From: the human T2T-CHM13v2.0 reference genome, Homo sapiens
DNA length: 64,000 bases
Assembly: GCF_009914755.1 (NCBI RefSeq)
Contig: NC_060925.1
Strand: one strand, 5' to 3'
Made by a program: the position numbers and the translations under genes. Shown here piece by piece: positions 57,471 to 64,000 of the stretch (the stretch's first letter is position 1; every line of letters starts with the position of its first letter). The notes beneath the pieces were generated by a model. The model did no database searches. It was not told where the DNA came from and saw only the letters and a list, made by a program, of their open reading frames with translations.

Positions 57471-58054
57471 AATAACCAATAACTGTACTGGTCAGTGTTC
57501 CATCAGGGAAACAGACCACCATGAGTATTACAGAGTAGGGAATTTATTTATTATAAGAATTAGGATGAGGAAGTAAAGCACTGAAGAAAGGAAATGGGAG
57601 ATCAGAAAAAAAATCTAACAAGCCTCTTTGAAGTGCTGAAGTTTGTGTTGGGTGTTTAATGTCGGTATCCAGGCATGTCCAGGAACTGGAATGGGATCAT
57701 GAAGGGGGCCACTGTAGAAGTCTGTGGAAGACTGTTAACTGTGCATAAAAAAACCTCTGTGGGTTTGTTGCCAAGAGTCTTGTGGTGGACCTAGGATCAC
57801 TATCAGTCAGCAATGTCAGCATTCAGAAAGAAGAGTCAGAAATGGAGTAGAGAGGAGCAAGGATGCCGGCCCATCTGCACCTGTTTCCCGCCGCCTTTTA
57901 TCACTTCTCCTGCAAGCAGTTATGGCTGCTGTTTTACTTCTGCCTTCCACATTTCATGAAAATTATTTCTGACCAACTCTAACCCAGAATCATATGGTTT
58001 CTGAGAGATGTAGTTCCAATTTATCCAACTTGCCTCAGCAAAGCCACTATTATA

Positions 58055-58370
58055 TTAAGTGAAATAAGCCAGACACAAAAAGACAAATACCATATGTTCT
58101 CATTTATATGTGAAATCTAAAAACATTGTACACATAGAAGCAGAGAGTAGAATGGTGGTTACCAGAGGCTGGGGTGGGAGGAAAAAATAAGTTTGAGAGA
58201 CCTACTGTACATCATGGTGATTATAGTTAATAACAATATGCTCTATAATTGAAACTCACAAAAAGAATAGATTTTAACTGATCTAACCAAAAAAATTTTA
58301 AGAGCTAATGCATTAATTAAATAGCTTGAGTTATCCATTCCACAATGTATACATATACAGACATACCATG
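58055..58370 (+). mobile_element. L1M 3' fragment
   Basis: aagtgaaataagccagacacaaaaagacaaatac...agagtagaatggtggttaccagaggctgg. Confidence 0.8.
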
Positions 58371-58961
58371 TTTTACTGGATTTCACTTTATTGTGCTTCA
58401 CAGATACTGTGATTTTTACAAATTGACAATGACGATGCTAATGGAATTGGCCTCTGATGTTAGTAATTGCTACCCAGCGAAATAGAGGAACTCAGTAGAA
58501 CACAGTTTGTTACGGCGACTCAAAAAATTGTTTTTTCATGTTTATATCCTAGTGAATTGAGACTGTTCAATAAACTGCTTTCACAGCAGTTATACTCAAT
58601 ATCATCATCACTGCAAAAACTTCGTAAGTTTTTGAAAAACAAAAAACAGTGACAAACCCACTGCTATACAGACCTACTCTCTAGGCACCAAATTCCTAAT
58701 TTGTCTTTCCACTTCCTTCCCTCTTATAGAGAACACTTTTGTTCACCTTACCATCATTCATTCTCCCTCCTTCCAGCAAATGTCTAGTCACTTCCTATGC
58801 TGAACTTCTTGGCAAGTCCTTGTCTTCCTCTCCAATCCTGTTCCTCTTACCATCGCCCTCTACTTTTCTGGTGCCCAGCATTGCTTGATCACTGGTGCCT
58901 TAGATAAGCCTGATTTCCCTAAAGTTCTGTCTTTTCCCTTCACATGACCATGAATATTATC

Positions 58962-59075
58962 TAGGGCTACCATATTACAGAACTCTAAAGGGATCCGTGC
59001 AAATCATACCTTGTATGAATGGTGCCCCTGGAGTTTCACAAAGCACAGTCTCTGCATCCTCATATGGCAGTCCTG
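58962..59075. mobile_element. MER91A-like palindromic MITE
   Basis: agggctaccata...tgaatggtgcccctggagtt...atggcagtcctg. Confidence 0.55.
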
Positions 59076-59707
59076 CTCTTAGAGCTGACACATGAAAAAA
59101 TAAGTATTCTTTGTAAATGATTCTATATTGTTCCATGAAACAGCAAGTTATTTTAAAGCCTTAGCATCTGTAATAGCATTTTAGTAAATATACCTGTTCA
59201 GATCATATTTGTTGCTAATTAATTATTTGATTTATCATCCCAATGCCCTGTTTTCTTTAATAATCTATGTGATGATCAGCAAATTAGTTCCTGATGCATT
59301 TGACCCCATGAGGAATGTAAGCAAAGCACTACATATTTTATGTCCTGCTGTCTGTCATCATGTGGTGTTTAGGAAATAGGAAGGTGTTTTAGAGGCATAT
59401 GGAAAAGATTGAACAGTAGGAGTTTGGTGACATGAAAGTAGAACCATCACTTACTTTATCATTTGAAGTTCTATCTGGGCTTGGAACTAAAAACAATCAA
59501 AACTTTTTGCTTTTCTGCAAACATGCATCTATGTACAGCCTCTCAGATGTATTTAGAATCTTAATCAGGCTTCCTTTATAGAGCAAACCAGAACTCTCCA
59601 GACCCCAGAGAGCTCAGTGTCAGGAGATAATGCTATCTGAGGAAAGGAAGAAAGCCCACAATTGAGTATCTGTTGCTCCTTCAACTTCTGCTCCACCACC
59701 ATGAACC

Positions 59708-59748
59708 TTCTCTCTCTCTCTCTCTTTCTCTGTCTGTCTCTGTCTCTC

Positions 59749-59812
<64 letters not shown>
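59708..59812. repeat. Compound (TC)n(CA)n microsatellite
   Basis: Directly visible. Confidence 0.97.
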
Positions 59813-59816
<4 letters not shown>

Positions 59817-61353
59817 AGAGTTTGAGCCAAGCAGGGAAATGTAGGTGGTTCAGAGCACTGTTTGGGTATAGGTTTGTCAATTTGGGTCGGGAAACAGTAT
59901 AATTCTATAAAACTAAATTCATTCTCTTCACCTATACTTTCTTCCAAAATGTCCTATCTCAGTGAAAGAAAAGTATGTCACCAACCAGTTATTCAAACCA
60001 GAGACCAGGAGGCCATCTCTTGCTCTCCAATTTCTTCACCGTTTATGTCAAATCAGTGAATGAGTCTTGTTTGTGAAATCTGCTTAACCCTTATCTCTTC
60101 CCCACTCCTGTTCAGTGACTGCCTCAGTCAGCCTCCATCATCTTCTTCTGAAAAAGATGGTCCCTAATAGGTCTCTCTTTTCCGTCAATCCTTCCCAACC
60201 CATGTTCCCCACAGATTAATTTGAACAAAACCACAATAGTTCCCACACTGCTTTCAAGATAAGGTATAAATGCCACAAATGCAGATACTTTGCCTGCTTT
60301 ATTCATCACTTCTTGCCAGGCACCTTGCATGATGGCAAATATTTGTCAAATGAATGACTGTAAGGTTCATCATCATTTGGCCCTAGCTTCCACTTCCACA
60401 TCTCTTATTACACCATCCCCACTGATCTCCCAGCTGTAATCAGTCAAAGATTTTGAGTTTCCCCAGAAGTGCACACAGTTTTATATTTCTGGGCCTTTGT
60501 CAGAAATGCCATACTTTACCATTCCTTCTTTTAATTCTTTACACCTTCTTCAGCCTCCCTTTCTGCCCCCTAACCACATTCCCCTTTTTCAAAATCCCAT
60601 TTCTACTGCCTCCTGGTTCCCTCCCTCACACTCAGACAGAATAGAAAACTCCCCCATTTGTGTCCCATTCTTCATACAGAATTCTGACACCCAAATGTAG
60701 TTATTTGTTTACTATCTGACACAAGCCCTAACTCCTAATCCCTCTCAATTATACAGTGAACACTTTGGAAAATGGGGCTACATTCTGGGGAGACAGAGTA
60801 AAAAAGAGAGAAGAGGAAGGATGGAGTGCTGAATATTCTAATACACACATACTCATACAAATACAGAGATATCCCTATTCTTGCTTCTTTACTCTCTATA
60901 TCCAGTCAGTCACCAAGTCTTGTCAATTCTTAATATCTCAAAAAACCCTCCACCTGTCTCTGTCCCTAGTTCATGCCCCCAGCATCTCTTACCTATATTC
61001 CCTACAAAACCCTTTTCCAAACAGCCATTGTGAACCATTGTGAAGGTTGAGCCCTGCCTGAAGACACTCAGCCATGGAGGGCAGGAGCGAGTGAGGCCTG
61101 AAATATAGTCCAAACTCAGCTCCCAGAATCAGGGCTGCAGGGGCACTACTGGATCATTAGTCTGCCCAGAGGTGGCACATTTTTCTAATTTACAAGTTGT
61201 TTTTCGAATTCACACAAGACATATATGCTAGTAATGCAAGCCTGTTTCCAACCACTATTCACTTTGCAGCCGAAGTCTTTCTAAAGTACAAATATGATCC
61301 TGTCGCACTCCTATTTAAAACCTTCTAATGACTTTCCTTTGCACTCAAGGTGA

Positions 61354-61768
61354 TGTAACCACAGATCCAATTCAGTGTGGTTTAACTTTGTTAAACTTTG
61401 TGGTTTAAACTTTGGTTTAACAAAAGGACAATTTGCTTTGCAGTGCAACGGACCCCCAGGTTGCATATCATGTAACGTGAACAGGTCCAGATGAACCAAG
61501 TATGTCTGATTCGAGATCCCAGAGCCAGCAGAATAAAAAAGCCAACCGCAGGTGGAACCCAAGTACCATTTTCCTTCCCTTCCCATTGTTAGTCTCAGGC
61601 TATAAAACCTGCCCCCAGACCCCCACTTAGGGAGATGGATTTGAACTTGCCTCCTGTCTCCTTACCAGTTGATTCTCAATAAGGCTTTTTTCTTTACTTT
61701 TCTCAAAAGCCAGTGCCACAGTATTAGCTTCTATGAGCATCAGGCAACAAAACCATTGCTTGATTCCA
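61354..61768 (+). mobile_element. ERV-type solo LTR (family uncertain)
   Basis: Starts with TGTAAC; internal TATAAAA (about 61601) and AATAAA (about 61678) in U3-R-U5 order. Confidence 0.5.
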
Positions 61769-64000
61769 GTGAGGTCCAAACCCTGTGGTATGATTAATGA
61801 TGCTTTTCATCTTCCACATCCAGCTTATTTCTCCAGTTTCATGTCTCACAACTTCTCACATTACATACTGGTTCCATCCACCATGGACCACTTCTAGTTC
61901 TTTGAATACATTACAGGATCTGTCATTCCAAGGCTGTGAGGTGCTTTTCATTCTCTATAAATGCCCTCTTCTCCACTATCCCTCCACTTCCACATCCTGC
62001 AGTCACTGAATAACTCAGGCTCATTCTCAGGTCTTTGGAGTCACTCCTTCTGGGAAGCATCCCCTAATTCCTCCAACCTCCTGCCCCAGAGGGTTAAGCT
62101 CCTCTTACTTTCCCTAATTCTCACCCCTGAGTTTCACATTAACTCTCTGTGCCGCGTAACTGCCCATTTACTTGTCCTTTTTTCCCTCCAGAGGGTGAGA
62201 TGCTTGAGGGCAGGAGACAAGCTCTTACTCATCATCATCTCCCCAATGCCCATCACCAAGTTCAATAAATGCTTATTAAATTAAAAAATGGAATCTTGTT
62301 TTCCCAAGCATCAGTTTTAATGAATCAATCACAGAGCTGACAAAAGGACCACAAAAAGGAACCACTAACAACTTTACTGTATGAGCTTAAGCAGAAAACA
62401 TTATACCTATAGACAGGATTGCTGGGTCATTCCACTTAAATTAAGGCAAAAGTATCTTGAACTATATCCTCATTGTTACTGCAATAACTAACTTTGGTTT
62501 CACATTTCCTCTTAATCTCCCAATCAGCCTTTAGCCTCTATTTAGGTAAATTCAAATTTTACATGAATTTTCTTCTGCCTAATAGGTTCCTTCAGCACCA
62601 ATTCCTCCAATGACCCCGATTATATCTGTCAAGGACATTAGTCTTTCAAATCAGTTTCAAAGATATCAAGGTCAGACTCATCCAAATGCACCTAAAAACT
62701 TACTTCACACTTGAGAAAAGCAGCCTTTTCCTATCCGGCTATATCAGCCAGTCACTCTTCCTATACTCCTACCTAAACATCAGCACTGATCTACCAGGTG
62801 CCTGCATTCAAACCCAGAAGTCATTTTTTCTTTGAAATTGATGTTCCCTCCACTTAATTATTAATTGCTGACTCTCTTTTTTCAGATATTCATTTATCTC
62901 TTCAGAGAGACCTTCTCTGTCAACCTAATCTTAAGCAACTCAGTCACCACCATATTTTTAAAAATCAAATTCTCTGTACAGCATTTAACGCTAGCTGATA
63001 TTTTAAGTTTTAATGGAACATTAGAATGTTTATTGTTTATCTTCCCCACTGGAATATGGGTTCCATAAGAGCAGTGACCTGTTAGTTTTGCTCACTTCAT
63101 GAACTAGAACTAGACCAGGCTATAATAAATGTGCAGTTAATAACTGTTGAATGAATGAAAAGATAATGGAAGAATGAACGAAATATTTTATCCATGCTGT
63201 CTTATATGGAGGCATAGAATCAGGCCAAGGAGAGTTATTTAAATTATTTGTTATATACTAGCTTGTTTATATCATTTTCTACCTTTTCCCTAGAGCTTCA
63301 TACATGCAAACCTTGGCTTCTGTCATTTGCTAGATGAATTTTCACAAACCAAACACAACCATGTAACCAAAGTTGATTTCAAGAAAAGAACATTACCAGT
63401 ATCCCAGATGCTCCCTTTCTGCTCTCTTCCAGTTATCACCTCCTATAAGAGATAATCGCAAGTTAAAGTCAAGTTATCTTGGCTTCTAACGGCAGAGATT
63501 GTTTTTGCCTGTTTACACACTTTAGAGAGGTGGAATCATATAGTACATATTCATTGGTGATTGGCTTTGTTTACTCAAATATGTATGTGAGATTCATCCA
63601 CATTGCTGTGTGTAGTGGCATTCTGTTGATTCTCATTACAGTAGTGTACAACTTTTAAAGTTCAACACTCATTAACATATTAAAACATAAATTCATTTTT
63701 AATACTCATATATATAACAAAATTTATATAAGGAAATTTAGATTCACTTCAATTCTTTACTCTTTTAAAATAATGTTCTCTATGATGAACATTCTTATAG
63801 CAAAAAACTTTTTTTCAAGTTTTTAAATTCATATTGACAGCTTATTAACATGAAAGTATTAACAATTCATTTTATTATCAACTGTATGTGCCAGTATTTG
63901 CCTCCTAAATTTCTTCAGCAAATGTGGATATTACTGTCTTTTTAAAATTTGTGTCACTTGATAATTTAAAATATGATATTTTATTGCTCTTTTTATTTTA

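Noticed and set aside
59565-59947. ORFs with CVCV/ERER/LSLS runs
   Set aside because: Translations of the (TC)n(CA)n microsatellite.
54800-64000. Possible exons of neighbouring CLCA paralogs (CLCA1 upstream, CLCA3P downstream)
   Set aside because: No CLCA-like coding segments seen outside 21161-54386; both flanks look intergenic and repeat-rich.

Overview
Human (primate) genomic DNA that I recognise as the CLCA gene cluster. The window holds the complete CLCA4 gene (chloride channel accessory 4) on the + strand. I reconstructed 14 coding exons by hand (21161..54386): 2760 nt, or 919 aa plus stop, with every intron phase consistent. The protein has a signal peptide, an HEXXH zinc-metalloprotease domain, a Cys-rich region, a VWA/MIDAS domain, an FnIII-like domain, a Pro-Thr repeat and a C-terminal hydrophobic anchor. 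Intron 1 carries an apparently full-length, antisense, CpG-rich processed pseudogene of CDCA4 with an L1-type target-site duplication and a degenerate poly(A) tail. The rest is mostly L1, Alu, MaLR/ERV LTR, hAT MITE and microsatellite sequence, and nearly all short ORFs in the track are repeat-derived noise. Most notable: (1) the catalytic HEXXH exon ends in a weak non-canonical GC donor, and a second acceptor 11 nt into the next exon could give an in-frame protease-dead isoform; (2) the CDCA4 retrocopy; (3) a tail-to-tail inverted Alu pair in intron 11; (4) several local template-switch-like hairpin/duplication scars. I found no convincing evidence of a wholly new biological system; the findings below are testable hypotheses.
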